64,000 nt of DNA from Pelodictyon luteolum (GTDB taxonomy: Bacteria > Bacteroidota > Chlorobiia > Chlorobiales > Chlorobiaceae). Below are positions 38,507 to 49,715 of the stretch, piece after piece; within the stretch, counting starts at the first letter, position 1; each line of letters starts with the position of its first letter. The translations under genes and the position numbers were made by a program. The stretch is taken from the NCBI GenBank assembly GCA_020721225.1, contig DYNE01000002.1, forward strand, positions 7,728 through 71,727, read 5' to 3'. The notes below the pieces were generated by a model. That model worked only from the letters and a program-made list of their open reading frames with translations, was not told the DNA's origin and did no database searches.

Positions 38507-38623
38507 GCCTGAAGGATCTGTTTTACCTTACGAACCTCCGGTCAGATACGGAGGTTTTTTTGAGCGCAAATAGAAAAAACAGGGGGGAACCCTGTTTTCT
38601 CTATCGCTTTGTCAGTAAACGTG

Positions 38624-38696
38624 TACCCTTGGGCAGACTCGAACTGCCGACCCACAGTTTAGGAAACTGTTGCTCTATCCACTGAGCTACAAGGGT
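38624..38696 (-). tRNA. tRNA-Arg (anticodon CCT)
   Basis: ACCCTTG-TA-GCTCAGTGGATAGAGC-A-ACAGT-TTCCTAA-ACTGT-GGGTC-GGCAG-TTCGAGT-CTGCC-CAAGGGT-A; full cloverleaf, CCA not encoded. Confidence 0.95.
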
Positions 38697-38742
38697 ATGG
38701 GCTCAAATGTAGTTTTTTTCAGAGAAACATGCAACCGCGTCT

Positions 38743-40632
38743 TTACGTCCGGCCGAACATCCGGTCGAGCTGATCGAGCATAAGCTTGATGATGACCGGC
38801 CTGCCATGCGGACATGAATAGGGAACCCGAGTGGCAAAAAGGTTGTCGATGAGTGAACGCATCTCTTCGAGACTGAGTTTCTGACCGGCCATGATTGCGT
38901 TCCGGCACGAATAGGACTTTGCCAGGTTGTCCCGTTTTTCAAGCTTGAGCTTCGATGCGTTTTCCTGATAACCGGCAATCATATCCTGCAGTATGGTTAC
39001 CTCGGTTCCCGATCTGACATCCTGCGGAATCCCTTCTATCATAACGGTTTTCGATCCGAAATCCCGAAGATTGAAGCCAAGGCGATAGAGATCGTCACGA
39101 ATCTCCTCGAACACCTCATACTCCCACTGTCGCATCTCGATCTTCTGCGGAAAAAGCAGTTGCTGGGAATTCGGCACATTCTGGTTCATGACGTCCAGCG
39201 CCCGTTCATAGAGAACCCGTTCATGCGCCACATGCTGATCGATAATCATCATGCCGTTCTTGATCTGGCATATGATATATTTGTTATGAAGCTGCCAGAT
39301 TTTCGGTTCCGTCCCCCCCCCGGCTGCGCTTTCGTCGTCATGAAACCGGGATTGAAGCATTGTCGTGAACACTTCGTCGCCATCAGGCTCCACGCTATCC
39401 TTTTTCCAGCGTTCCAGTGGCTCATACGCAGGAAAGAACTCACCCTGCCGTGACGGCGGGCTGTACTCTTTTCCGGATGAGGGCGGCAGCGAGTGCTGAC
39501 GATAATCGGTATAGAGCTCCGCAGTCGTGGCCATACGCCCTGGACGCTCATGGTACATGAGGCGGCGATTGAGCGCCTCATCTTCCGGCTGAATACTCTC
39601 TCCCTGCACTCCCTGATCGGGAACAAACGATGCATCGGGAGAAAAATCGTGAAGCTGCACAGCCCGTTTAACGACAGGATAAAACATGTTGCGTACACTG
39701 CGCTCGTCTTCGAACTTGACTTCGAGCTTCGCCGGATGCACGTTGACGTCGACACGAGAGGGATCGATACCGAGAAAAAGCATTGCAAAAGGGGCCTGAC
39801 GATCTTCAAGCAGTTCGCCGTATGCCTGTTGCAGAGCCTGCGAGAGCATCCGGTTCTGAATAATTCTCCGGTTTATATAGAATAGCTGGTCCGCCTTGTG
39901 CCGTTTCAGCATACCCGGCTTTCCGATAAATCCGTGAATCGAGAGATAATCGTTCTCCTCGGTAATGGAAATGAGACCTTCGGAAAAATCGCTCCCGTAA
40001 TAGTAATTCAATCGCTCGCGAATGTCCGGATTCCTGAAATGGAACAGCTCTTCGTCATCATTATACATCCGCCACTCAATATCGGCATAGGCAAGCGAGA
40101 GCGATCTGACAGATTCAAAAATGTGGCGGAACTCCGTAGCGTTGGATTTCAGGAATTTTCGACGGGCAGGTACATTGTAGAACAGGTTCCTCACGCTGAT
40201 CGAGGTACCTTCCTCTCCGGACACCTCGCTCTCTTCCGCAAGCGCTCCTCCCTCGTAACGAAACTTCAGGGCAAGCGGCGAGGAGGCCTGCCGGGTTTTC
40301 AGCTCGAAATGCGATACCGAGGAGATACTCGCAAGCGCCTCCCCCCTGAACCCCAGGCTCATCAGGGTATCGAGATCCTCAACTCCTGAAATCTTGCTCG
40401 TGGCAAACCGCTCGACACAAAGCAGGGCGTCCTCACGATTCATACCCGTGCCGTTATCGATAATCCTGATCAGCTCCTTCCCGGCATCCTTTATCATGAC
40501 GGTTATTCTGGATGCTCCTGCGTCAATGGCATTTTCAAGCAGCTCCTTGACCACCGATGCAGGCCGCTGAACCACTTCGCCAGCCGATATTTTATTGGCA
40601 ACCGTATCCGGTAATCTTGAGATTTTTGCCAT
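38743..40632 (-). CDS. mutL: DNA mismatch repair protein MutL
   Basis: ISAGEVVQRPASVVKELLENAIDAGA, GFRGEALASI, DVNVHPAK, endonuclease motifs DQHVAHER and CPHGRP. Confidence 0.98.
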   Translation of the reverse strand: MAKISRLPDTVANKISAGEVVQRPASVVKELLENAIDAGASRITVMIKDAGKELIRIIDNGTGMNREDALLCVERFATSKISGVEDLDTLMSLGFRGEALASISSVSHFELKTRQASSPLALKFRYEGGALAEESEVSGEEGTSISVRNLFYNVPARRKFLKSNATEFRHIFESVRSLSLAYADIEWRMYNDDEELFHFRNPDIRERLNYYYGSDFSEGLISITEENDYLSIHGFIGKPGMLKRHKADQLFYINRRIIQNRMLSQALQQAYGELLEDRQAPFAMLFLGIDPSRVDVNVHPAKLEVKFEDERSVRNMFYPVVKRAVQLHDFSPDASFVPDQGVQGESIQPEDEALNRRLMYHERPGRMATTAELYTDYRQHSLPPSSGKEYSPPSRQGEFFPAYEPLERWKKDSVEPDGDEVFTTMLQSRFHDDESAAGGGTEPKIWQLHNKYIICQIKNGMMIIDQHVAHERVLYERALDVMNQNVPNSQQLLFPQKIEMRQWEYEVFEEIRDDLYRLGFNLRDFGSKTVMIEGIPQDVRSGTEVTILQDMIAGYQENASKLKLEKRDNLAKSYSCRNAIMAGQKLSLEEMRSLIDNLFATRVPYSCPHGRPVIIKLMLDQLDRMFGRT

Positions 40633-40703
40633 TAGAACCCTGTAGGAACCTTTATCTGTGCTGAAAAACAGGCAATCCTGTTACCCGCAATTGAAAAAAA
40701 CCT

Positions 40704-41993
40704 TCAACCGGTCACACGAACCGGCCCAACCACTTCCTGAAGATATGTCCACACCTCCCGTAACGCCGCCTCGGAAAAGCGCTGTTTATTCTGCGCCCTC
40801 GTTCCGGCCATGCGGAATGTTCCCGTACTGAACGCGATGCTCCCGTCACTCTTTTTTCCGGCAATACCGATACAGAGCGTACCGACCGGCTTGTCCCCGG
40901 AACCGCCGGAGGGTCCGGCAATGCCGGTAGTCGATACGGCGATATCAGCACCGCTGCGTTCGAGAGCGCCACGGGCCATCTCTTTGGCTACCGGCTCACT
41001 GACGGCGCCAAAAGCCTCGAGCGTGATGCGGTCGACACCCAGCAACAGTATCTTTGCCTCGTTGCTGTACGAGACCACCCCCTGCTGAAAATATGCGGAC
41101 GAACCAGGCACGTCGGTCAGACGGCTTGCAAGCAGCCCTCCGGTGCAGGACTCCGCAACCGCGATAGAAAGGCTGTTTTCGGCAAGCATACGACCAACCG
41201 TCTCTTCAAGCGTCGTCTCTCCTGTTGCGTATATAAACCGCCCTGCTATAGAAAGAATTGCATCGACCACCAGGCGGTTATCCCTCTCGACGGCTTCGGT
41301 TAAACTTCCCGCGGTACTGACCACAAGATCGACCCCGGCAGTATGGGGCAGGTAGGCAAGCGTTGTGCCCACCGGCAAGGCGTCTTCTACCGCAGCGATG
41401 AGATCCGCAAGTGCGGATTCACCTATTCCGACCGTTTTTACCGGAGTATGCAGAATAGCAGTGGTACTCTGCCCGGCAAAAAACGGGATAACCGTTTTAC
41501 GCATCATCGCCTGCATTTCGGAAGGAACTCCCGGCATCAGAACCAGAGAGCTGTTCCGAAAACGTTCGCCACAACAAATGATCATGCCGGCTGCCGTACC
41601 GACACTGTTCGGGACAAGCACGGAGCCCTCGATAATCGTTGCCTGATCCCGAAGGTTATCGGGCAGCGTACGACCTCGTACCGTAAACCATGACGCAAGC
41701 AGATGAAAAGCCTCTTCATTCTCCACGACAGACCTTTGCAGAAGACGCATAACCGCTTTTTTTGTCCGGTCGTCGCGGGTCGGCCCGAGACCTCCGGTCA
41801 CCAGCACAAGATCGGCTCTTGAGAGCGATTCCGACAAAACGGTGATGATCTGATCTTCATCGTCGGAACAGGCGACGATCCTGATAACCGGAACACCGAT
41901 TCCGCCGAGAGCGGTGGCAATAAACGAGGCGTTGGTATTGACCTTGCCCCCTTTAAGCAGCTCGTCGCCAATTGAGACGATTTCAGCAATCAT
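40704..41993 (-). CDS. cinA: CinA family protein (MocF + NMN deamidase PncC)
   Basis: AEIVSIGDELL, TGGLGPT.DD.T, PGVPSEM, AESCTGG, YSNEAK, GAVS, TGIAGP; start ATG 41993. Confidence 0.93.
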   Translation of the reverse strand: MIAEIVSIGDELLKGGKVNTNASFIATALGGIGVPVIRIVACSDDEDQIITVLSESLSRADLVLVTGGLGPTRDDRTKKAVMRLLQRSVVENEEAFHLLASWFTVRGRTLPDNLRDQATIIEGSVLVPNSVGTAAGMIICCGERFRNSSLVLMPGVPSEMQAMMRKTVIPFFAGQSTTAILHTPVKTVGIGESALADLIAAVEDALPVGTTLAYLPHTAGVDLVVSTAGSLTEAVERDNRLVVDAILSIAGRFIYATGETTLEETVGRMLAENSLSIAVAESCTGGLLASRLTDVPGSSAYFQQGVVSYSNEAKILLLGVDRITLEAFGAVSEPVAKEMARGALERSGADIAVSTTGIAGPSGGSGDKPVGTLCIGIAGKKSDGSIAFSTGTFRMAGTRAQNKQRFSEAALREVWTYLQEVVGPVRVTG

Positions 41994-42003
41994 ACGCGCC
42001 TTA

Positions 42004-44472
42004 CTACACCAGATAACTTGCAATACGGAGAATATCGGCAAACACTCCACCGGCGGTAACCTCTCCCCCTGCTCCCGGTCCGCGGACAACCAGAGGCGTG
42101 ATATTGTAACGATCCGTCGTGAACACCACCATATTTTCAGAACCGTTAAGTCCGGCAATCGGACTTGTAAGGGGTACCCGCTTGACCCCTATACTGGCCT
42201 TGCCATCGCGTATTTCTCCGGCATAGGCAATGGTCATACCGGCTTTGCCGGCAGTCTGTATCTCATCGGCATACCAGCGGTCAACCGAACTCAAACGGCC
42301 GAGAAACTCCTCTACAGGCATCTCTCCCCGCAGCTCTTGAGGGACAAGACTTTCGCACTCGACATCGCTGTAGATCATCGGACAGCCGAGTTCACGACCG
42401 AGAATGAGCACTTTCCGGGCAAAATCCGCTCCGGAAAGGTCGTCACGGGGATCCGGCTCGGTATAACCGGCATCTTTAGCCATGCGGACAATATCGCTGA
42501 ATCTGCCGCCTTTGCGAAGTTCGTTGAAAATAAAACTCAGGGTTCCCGAAAGCACCCCTTCGATACTGATAATATTGTCTCCGCTGTTTTTCAGATCGTT
42601 CAGGGTATTGATGATCGGCAGACCGGCCCCTACATTGGTTTCATAGAGAAAACGGGCATTACTGGCCCGCTGGGCCGTTCTTATCTGCTCATAAAGCTCT
42701 GCGCAACCAGCCATGCCGAGCTTGTTTGCCGTAACAACCGAGATATTGGCCCTGAGCAGTTCCGGATACTGCTCGGCAACATTGCCGCTTGCCGTACAAT
42801 CGACAAAAACCGTATTATGCAGATTCCGTTCCCTGATCAGTCGGATATACCCTTCGATACCGGCGTATCCGGGCTCTCTCGGCTTAAGCGCATCCTCCCA
42901 ATGATCAAGATCGATCCCCTCGTCAGCATGGGCAATCCGACGCGTATTTGCCAGTCCGCAGACAAGCACGTCGAGATCCTTCTCCATCCTTAGATTCATT
43001 CTGTGACGGCTGATCTGGCGTATGAGACTTTTTGCTATCGTACCGGTACCGGCAAGAAAAACATGCACTTTCCGCTGCGACAGAAAAAACGATTCATGAA
43101 TGCAGTTGAGCGCCTTGTCCTCGTCACGATTGTCGATAACAACCGAAATATTCATCTCATTGGCGCCCTGGGCTACAGCAATGACATTGATGCCGTTTTT
43201 CCCCAATGTTTCGAACATTTGCGCCGAAACACCCGGATGACCGGACATGTTGTTCCCGACAACGGCAACCAGCGCAAGATGCCTGCGTAACACAAGCGGA
43301 TCTATCAGTCGGGCCTGCATTTCGGCAGTGAATTCATCCTCGAGAATTCTGTTGGCTTTAGCTGCCTGAGCCGGATTGATGGCAAGACTGATCGATTGCT
43401 CCGATGAAGCCTGCGAAATAAAAATTACGTTGATGTGATGCTTTGCAAGACAGCTGAACAGGCGCGAAGCGATTCCCGGCACTCCGACCATACCGCTTCC
43501 GGAAAGGTTCAGGAGCACAACGCTGTTGATCGAACTGAGACCGGTAACGGGGTGAACCTGCCGAACGGCAGCCGGATCCAGTTCTCTTTCGATTCTCGTT
43601 CCAGGCGCGTCAGGATTGAATGAATTCTTGATGAGCACCGGAATCGAAGCCTTCATGGCCGGAAGTATGGTAAACGGATGAAGCACCTTCGCTCCGGCAT
43701 GAGAGAGCTCCATCGCTTCGGCATAGCTGATAAAGGGAAGCACCCGGGCATCACGCACCCGTTTGGGATCGGCACTGAAAAAACCGTCCACATCGGTCCA
43801 TATGAGAATCTCCTCCGCGCCGAGAGCCGCTCCGAACAACGATGCGGTATAGTCCGAACCGCCCCTGCCAAGAGTGGTTGTCGTCCCGTCCTCTGCTGCC
43901 GCAATATATCCGGTTACAACAGGAATCACCCCGTCAGGAACAGGAGCGTTTCCGATTCGCTGAAAACTCTCTTCAAGGCCAACCGTTGCGCTCCCGTAGT
44001 TGGAGTCGGTAACGATAAGTTCTCTGGCATCGATATACACTGCCGGCATCTTGAGCAGGTTCAGATAACCGGCGACAATCCGCGCCGAGAGGCGCTCTCC
44101 GAAGCTGAGCAGAAGCGCGGTGCTTTTTTCCGACAGCTCCCGAAGAAGAAACACTCCATGCAACAGATCATGCAATTCGGCAAGTTCCGCACGTATTGAA
44201 TCCGAAAGTCCGGCATATGCGTCACTGCCCGAAAACAGCCCGTCAAGAACCGTTGTATGCCGCTGGCCGATATCGTCAAGTATTCTCAGATAACCCTCCC
44301 TTCCCGCACAGGCAACATTGGCCGCTTCAAGCAGAAGATCGGTTACCCGATGAAATGCCGAAACAACCACAACAGGACAATCAGGCTGCAAAGCCGAACT
44401 GATAATAGCGGCTACTTTTTTTATTCTGGCGGCAGTGCCGAGTGAGCTCCCTCCGAACTTGTATATCTTCAT
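42004..44472 (-). CDS. thrA: Bifunctional aspartokinase / homoserine dehydrogenase
   Basis: KFGGSS, LGRGGSDY, WTDVDG, ACT domains, TANK, YETNVGAGLP, GYTEPDPRDDLSG. Confidence 0.97.
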   Translation of the reverse strand: MKIYKFGGSSLGTAARIKKVAAIISSALQPDCPVVVVSAFHRVTDLLLEAANVACAGREGYLRILDDIGQRHTTVLDGLFSGSDAYAGLSDSIRAELAELHDLLHGVFLLRELSEKSTALLLSFGERLSARIVAGYLNLLKMPAVYIDARELIVTDSNYGSATVGLEESFQRIGNAPVPDGVIPVVTGYIAAAEDGTTTTLGRGGSDYTASLFGAALGAEEILIWTDVDGFFSADPKRVRDARVLPFISYAEAMELSHAGAKVLHPFTILPAMKASIPVLIKNSFNPDAPGTRIERELDPAAVRQVHPVTGLSSINSVVLLNLSGSGMVGVPGIASRLFSCLAKHHINVIFISQASSEQSISLAINPAQAAKANRILEDEFTAEMQARLIDPLVLRRHLALVAVVGNNMSGHPGVSAQMFETLGKNGINVIAVAQGANEMNISVVIDNRDEDKALNCIHESFFLSQRKVHVFLAGTGTIAKSLIRQISRHRMNLRMEKDLDVLVCGLANTRRIAHADEGIDLDHWEDALKPREPGYAGIEGYIRLIRERNLHNTVFVDCTASGNVAEQYPELLRANISVVTANKLGMAGCAELYEQIRTAQRASNARFLYETNVGAGLPIINTLNDLKNSGDNIISIEGVLSGTLSFIFNELRKGGRFSDIVRMAKDAGYTEPDPRDDLSGADFARKVLILGRELGCPMIYSDVECESLVPQELRGEMPVEEFLGRLSSVDRWYADEIQTAGKAGMTIAYAGEIRDGKASIGVKRVPLTSPIAGLNGSENMVVFTTDRYNITPLVVRGPGAGGEVTAGGVFADILRIASYLV

Positions 44473-44593
44473 GCTGACGTTAACGCATTAACAAAATATG
44501 ATTGGCATCATCAACACAACGAACTTATAAAATAAAAATCATTTCCCGATAGGCTTCAACAGCCATACATGAAAAACAGCTTCCGGCAGAAAA

Positions 44594-44617
44594 AAAAGCG
44601 CCCATATGGGCGCTTTT
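44594..44617. terminator. Perfect palindromic terminator after atpG
   Basis: aaaagcgcccat|atgggcgctttt with an A/T-tract on both sides. Confidence 0.8.
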
Positions 44618-44648
44618 AACATCATTTTCTACCTCTACAAAAGAGCCG

Positions 44649-45524
44649 TCAGCCCTTCAAAGCATCAGCGCCAGCCACAATCTCGCTCAACTCTTTGGTA
44701 ATCGCGGCCTGTCTGGCACGATTATAACTGATATTAAGCGTACGAAGCAGCTCCTTGGCGTTTTCCGTCGCCGAATCCATGGCCGACATTCTTGCGGCCT
44801 GCTCGGCGGCATTGGACTCGAGCATCATTCTCCACAACTGGGTATTGAGATGCTTCGGCACAAGCTCGTCGATGATTACCGAAGGAGAGGGCTCATAGAT
44901 ATAATCGCTACTGCTCTCCTTACCAGATACCGATGCTGAAATAGGCAGAATCTCTTCCGCCTTCAGAACTGGCGCAAGCACGCTCTTGAACTCGTTATAT
45001 ACCACAACAACCTTATCAACCTCGCCACGCAGGTACATCGCCGAAGCTGTTTGCGTAATCTCTTTCGCAATGCTGAAATCAAGATTCTGAAACAGACCGG
45101 GATATCCCTTGGCGATAGCATATCCCCTTTTACGAAAAAAGTCAAACCCTCTGGTTCCTGCACAGATCATGCTAACGCCGCCGTTTTTGTACTGAGAGGC
45201 ATAATCCTCGGTAACGACCTTCTGTGCCAGTTTGATAATATTCGTATTGAAGGCACCGCACAGACCCCTGTCGGAAGTAATGAGGATCACCAGTACTTTT
45301 TTGACCTCCGGACGGATCGAAAGCAGGGGATTAAGCGATGTATCCACCTTGCCTGAAAGCGATGCGAGCATCTCTTTCAGCTTTGCCGCATAGGGACGGG
45401 CCATTACTGCCCGTTCCTGCGCTCTCCGCAACTTGGCGGCCGCAACCATTTTCATGGCCTTGGTAACCTGCTGCGTGGATTTCACCCCTTTGATTCGTAC
45501 ACGTATATCCTTTAATGTAGGCAT
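44649..45524 (-). CDS. atpG: F1 ATP synthase gamma subunit
   Basis: [53 protein letters not shown]. Confidence 0.98.
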   Translation of the reverse strand: MPTLKDIRVRIKGVKSTQQVTKAMKMVAAAKLRRAQERAVMARPYAAKLKEMLASLSGKVDTSLNPLLSIRPEVKKVLVILITSDRGLCGAFNTNIIKLAQKVVTEDYASQYKNGGVSMICAGTRGFDFFRKRGYAIAKGYPGLFQNLDFSIAKEITQTASAMYLRGEVDKVVVVYNEFKSVLAPVLKAEEILPISASVSGKESSSDYIYEPSPSVIIDELVPKHLNTQLWRMMLESNAAEQAARMSAMDSATENAKELLRTLNISYNRARQAAITKELSEIVAGADALKG

Positions 45525-45572
45525 GTATTAGGGACTGTTAATAAATTATACGTAAACACATCAAGGCTGTTC

Positions 45573-47153
45573 TCAGGCCTTTACTTTCTGGTTGAACGAG
45601 CTGATGAATCTCTCGGCAGCATCCTTCAGCTTTTTAGCTGTATCTGCCTCAAGCGAGCCGGTCTGGGAAATCGTTTTCAGAATTTCCGGCTGCTTGTGTT
45701 CGAGCATGCTGAGAAACTCCTCTTCGAAACGACGGATATGAGGCACTTCGACAGCATCGAGCAGCCCCTGGGTCCCAAGGAAAATAATGGCTACCTGCTT
45801 CTCGACCGGCATCGGTATATACTGGCCCTGCTTCAGAATTTCAACCAGTCTTGCTCCCCTGTCGAGCTGAGCCTTGGTAGTTTTGTCCAGATCGGAACCG
45901 AACTTGGAGAATGCTTCGAGTTCACGGAACTGGGCAAGATCGAGACGAAGCGTACCCGCCACTTTTTTCATTGCCTTGATCTGTGCCGCGCCGCCGACTC
46001 GGGAAACCGAAATACCGACGTTGATAGCCGGCCTCTGACCGGAGTTGAAGAGGTTCGACTCAAGGAATATCTGTCCATCGGTGATCGAGATCACGTTGGT
46101 CGGGATGTATGCTGAAACGTCACCTGCCTGTGTTTCAATAACCGGCAGAGCAGTAAGGCTGCCTCCGCCCTTGACCAACGGCTTCAAATCTTCAGGAAGA
46201 TCGTTCATTTTTCTGGCAACTTCGATATCGTCGGTGATCTTTGCCGCTCTTTCAAGCAGGCGTGAGTGCAAATAGAACACGTCACCCGGATATGCCTCGC
46301 GTCCCGGTGGACGGCGGAGCAGAAGCGAGAGCTGGCGGTAAGCCACAGCCTGTTTCGACAGATCATCGTATACGACAAGGGCATGACGTCCGGTATCGCG
46401 GAAATATTCGCCGAGAGCCGCTCCGGCAAATGGAGCGATGAACTGCAGCGGAGCCGGATCAGAAGCGGTTGCAGAAATAACCGTTGTGTACTCCATTGCA
46501 CCGTACTTCTCAAGGGTATTGACAACCTGAGCAACAGTTGACCCTTTCAGTCCGACAGCGACATAAATACAGAAAACGCCTTTCCCTTTCTGATTGATAA
46601 TGGTATCGAGAGCAACAGCGGTCTTTCCTGTCTGACGATCGCCGATGATCAGCTCACGCTGTCCGCGTCCGATCGGAATCATGGAGTCGATAGCCTTGAG
46701 ACCTGTCTGTAGCGGTTCATGAACAGATTTACGGAAAATAACACCAGGAGCCCTGCGTTCGAGAGGTACCCTGAGAGTGGTCTCGATGGCACCCTTCCCG
46801 TCGATAGGTTCGCCAAGAGGGTTGACAACCCTTCCGAGCATCGCCTCGCCGACCGGGACAGAGGCGAGAATGTTGGTTCTTCTGACCGTATCGCCTTCTT
46901 TTACCGTGTTGGATTCACCGAACAATACACAGCCGACGTTGTCTTCCTCAAGGTTCAGAGCCATACCCATCACCTTGTTGGGAAACTCGAGAAGCTCACC
47001 TGCTGCAACCAGTGATAAACCGTAAACACGGGCAATACCGTCACCAACCTGCAGCACTGTTCCTACATCATAAACTTCCGCCTCGGACTCAAAACCGGCA
47101 AGCTGCTTGCGAAGTATGGATGAAACCTCGTCAGGTCTGACTGTTGTAGACAT
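45573..47153 (-). CDS. atpA: F1 ATP synthase alpha subunit
   Basis: [48 protein letters not shown]. Confidence 0.98.
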   Translation of the reverse strand: MSTTVRPDEVSSILRKQLAGFESEAEVYDVGTVLQVGDGIARVYGLSLVAAGELLEFPNKVMGMALNLEEDNVGCVLFGESNTVKEGDTVRRTNILASVPVGEAMLGRVVNPLGEPIDGKGAIETTLRVPLERRAPGVIFRKSVHEPLQTGLKAIDSMIPIGRGQRELIIGDRQTGKTAVALDTIINQKGKGVFCIYVAVGLKGSTVAQVVNTLEKYGAMEYTTVISATASDPAPLQFIAPFAGAALGEYFRDTGRHALVVYDDLSKQAVAYRQLSLLLRRPPGREAYPGDVFYLHSRLLERAAKITDDIEVARKMNDLPEDLKPLVKGGGSLTALPVIETQAGDVSAYIPTNVISITDGQIFLESNLFNSGQRPAINVGISVSRVGGAAQIKAMKKVAGTLRLDLAQFRELEAFSKFGSDLDKTTKAQLDRGARLVEILKQGQYIPMPVEKQVAIIFLGTQGLLDAVEVPHIRRFEEEFLSMLEHKQPEILKTISQTGSLEADTAKKLKDAAERFISSFNQKVKA

Positions 47154-47396
47154 ATCGTATTCGCTTGGTTATTTGTTTTTAAGAAAAGAGAAAGATTCTG
47201 CTTACCTTCTTTTGAAATCTGAACCGGTTTTTTCCATTCAAAAAATAAAAGCCAAATTTAATGAAAAGCTTTTAGTTATTCAAATTCTCTGCATAATTTG
47301 ATAGCCTTGCTTTTCCGGCACCGGAATAATCCTGCCCAGTACAGGTACAATACAGAATAAAGACTAACCAGACAAAGAGAAGTTAGAGCAAACGGT

Positions 47397-48359
47397 ATGA
47401 AAACGGTCAAGGGATTTGCTTCCGCCACGGTCGGCAACGTAGCCTGCGGTTTTGATGTGCTTGGATTTGCCATTACCGAGCCCGGTGATGAGGTAACCCT
47501 TACCCTTCTTGACGAAAGAAAAAAAGATTGTCCGGTATCCATCGCAGGCATAACAGGAGATGGGGGCGCACTTCCGCTCGACCCGAAAAAAAACACATCG
47601 AGCTTTGTTGTGCTGAAGTTTCTCGAGTATATCCGTACGCACAAAGGAGTTGATTTCAGCGGTCATATCTCTCTCGAACTGAAAAAAAACCTTCCGCTCA
47701 GCAGCGGAATGGGCAGCAGTGCAGCGAGCGCGGCGGCAGCTCTTGTCGCCGCCAACGAACTTCTTGGCCAGCCATGCACGAAAATGGAGCTGGTCCATTT
47801 CGCCATCGAGGGCGAACGGGTGGCATGCGGCTCAGCCCATGCCGACAACGCCGCACCGGCTATCCTCGGCAATTTCGTGCTGATCCGAAGCTATACGCCG
47901 CTCGATCTCATTACCATCCCGCCGCCGAAAGATCTCTTCTGTACCCTGGTTCATCCTCACACCGAACTGCGCACATCGTTCGCCCGTTCGGTACTGCCCA
48001 GAGCTATCCCGCTGAAAACGGCAATCCAGCAGTGGGGCAATGTCGGAGCCCTTATCACTGGGCTGCTGACCTCGGATTATGAACTGATCGGCCGATCACT
48101 TGTCGATGTGGTTGCCGAGCCGAAACGTGCTCCTCTCATCCCCGGATTTTTCGATGTCAAACAGGCTGCGCTTGAAGCAGGAGCACTTGGATGCAGCATA
48201 GCTGGTTCCGGCCCCTCGCTTTTTGCGTTTTCTTCATCGGAAAAGACAGCCAGGGAAGCCGGCAATGCCATGCAGCAGGCGTTCCTTTCACCGAAAACAA
48301 ATCTTGATTCCGACATGTGGGTATCCCGCATCTGCAGCGAAGGTGCGAAAATCTTGTAA
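47397..48359 (+). CDS. thrB: Homoserine kinase
   Basis: ATVGNVACGFDVLG, PLSSGMGSSAAS, HADN, SIAGSGPS. Confidence 0.96.
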   Translation: MKTVKGFASATVGNVACGFDVLGFAITEPGDEVTLTLLDERKKDCPVSIAGITGDGGALPLDPKKNTSSFVVLKFLEYIRTHKGVDFSGHISLELKKNLPLSSGMGSSAASAAAALVAANELLGQPCTKMELVHFAIEGERVACGSAHADNAAPAILGNFVLIRSYTPLDLITIPPPKDLFCTLVHPHTELRTSFARSVLPRAIPLKTAIQQWGNVGALITGLLTSDYELIGRSLVDVVAEPKRAPLIPGFFDVKQAALEAGALGCSIAGSGPSLFAFSSSEKTAREAGNAMQQAFLSPKTNLDSDMWVSRICSEGAKIL

Positions 48360-48383
48360 TTATCACTGTTTCAGCGTTCGATC

Positions 48384-49697
48384 ATGATCTATTTCAGCAC
48401 GAATAAATCTTCCACTCCGGTCTCTATAAAAAAAGCCACGCTCGAAGGACTTGCTCCTGACGGAGGCCTCTATGTCCCATCGGAAATTCCGGTTTTTTCA
48501 GCTCCCGAGATGCAGCTGCTTGAAGACGGAAATTTCAACAACATCGCATTTGCCATCGCAAGAAAATTCATCTGCGGAGAGATCCCTCCCGATCAGCTCA
48601 GCGATATTATCGACAGCTGCTATCCGTTTGAAACCCCGCTTGTCGAACTGGAAAAAGGAACCTTTATCGAAGAGCTGTTTTCTGGACCGACTCTGGCCTT
48701 CAAGGATTACGGCGCAAGGTTTCTGGCCAGGCTTACCGGCTACTTCGCATCGGAGGACCGGAAGCTCATCACGGTTCTTGTAGCTACTTCCGGCGATACC
48801 GGCAGTGCGGTTGCCTATGGATTTCAGGGAATTCCGAACACCAGGGTAGTGCTGCTCTACCCCTCCGGAAAAGTAAGCCGCCTGCAGGAACAGCAGCTCA
48901 CGACCGCAGGTGGCAATGTGCAGGCTCTGGAAGTGCAGGGGGACTTCGACGACTGCCAGCGGCTGGTCAAGCAGGCGTTTACCGATCCGGAACTGAAGGA
49001 ACGTCTGACCCTGACCTCGGCAAACTCCATCAACATATCGCGGCTGATACCACAATCATTCTATTATGCCTGGGCGACGCTGCATCTGAAAGCACAATAT
49101 GGACTTGAGCAACCGGTATTCTCGGTACCAAGCGGAAACTACGGCAACCTTACCGCAGGCATTCTTGCCCGCATGATGGGCTTTCCTATCGGCCACTTCA
49201 TCGCGGCATCGAATGCCAACGACAGCGTCACCCGCTATCTTGACGAGGGCCGTTACGACCCCCATCCGACGATCCCGACGCTTTCGACGGCCATGGATGT
49301 CGGCAATCCGAGCAACTTTGCCCGGCTAAGGCACCTGTACGGAAACGACCACCATGCCATGGGTGCGGACATCACCGGTATCGCCATTTCCGATGAAGCT
49401 ACCGTCGCTACAATCCGAGATATCTTCATGCGTTACAACTATGTTATCGATCCGCACACCGCCGTAGGATTCCGGGCACTCGAAGAGTACCGTCAGGCAA
49501 GCGGGAGCCGGTCGCCTGGAATAGTACTGTCAACGGCTCATCCGGCAAAATTCCTCGAAGTCATCGAAGATGCGCTGAAAAAAGAGATAGAAATTCCGGA
49601 ACGCCTTTCGGTGGTGCTCGAAAAGAAAAAACAGGCAACCATGATCGGAGCCGATTACAGAGAACTCTCCGACTTCCTTAAACAGCTGGACCGGTAA
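48384..49697 (+). CDS. thrC: Threonine synthase
   Basis: GLAPDGGLYVP, ELFSGPTLAFKD, ATSGDTG, SANSINISR, PSGNYGN, STAHPAKF. Confidence 0.96.
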   Translation: MIYFSTNKSSTPVSIKKATLEGLAPDGGLYVPSEIPVFSAPEMQLLEDGNFNNIAFAIARKFICGEIPPDQLSDIIDSCYPFETPLVELEKGTFIEELFSGPTLAFKDYGARFLARLTGYFASEDRKLITVLVATSGDTGSAVAYGFQGIPNTRVVLLYPSGKVSRLQEQQLTTAGGNVQALEVQGDFDDCQRLVKQAFTDPELKERLTLTSANSINISRLIPQSFYYAWATLHLKAQYGLEQPVFSVPSGNYGNLTAGILARMMGFPIGHFIAASNANDSVTRYLDEGRYDPHPTIPTLSTAMDVGNPSNFARLRHLYGNDHHAMGADITGIAISDEATVATIRDIFMRYNYVIDPHTAVGFRALEEYRQASGSRSPGIVLSTAHPAKFLEVIEDALKKEIEIPERLSVVLEKKKQATMIGADYRELSDFLKQLDR

Positions 49698-49715
49698 CAG
49701 GAGATACATTCAAGC

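Noticed and set aside
46195-46250. Insertion in AtpA ([24 protein letters not shown])
   Set aside because: I recall this as a lineage-typical Bacteroidetes/Chlorobi insertion, so it is not novel.
47154-47396. Search for a Thr/Ile attenuator leader before thrB (and before thrA)
   Set aside because: No short ORF rich in Thr/Ile codons followed by a terminator was found.
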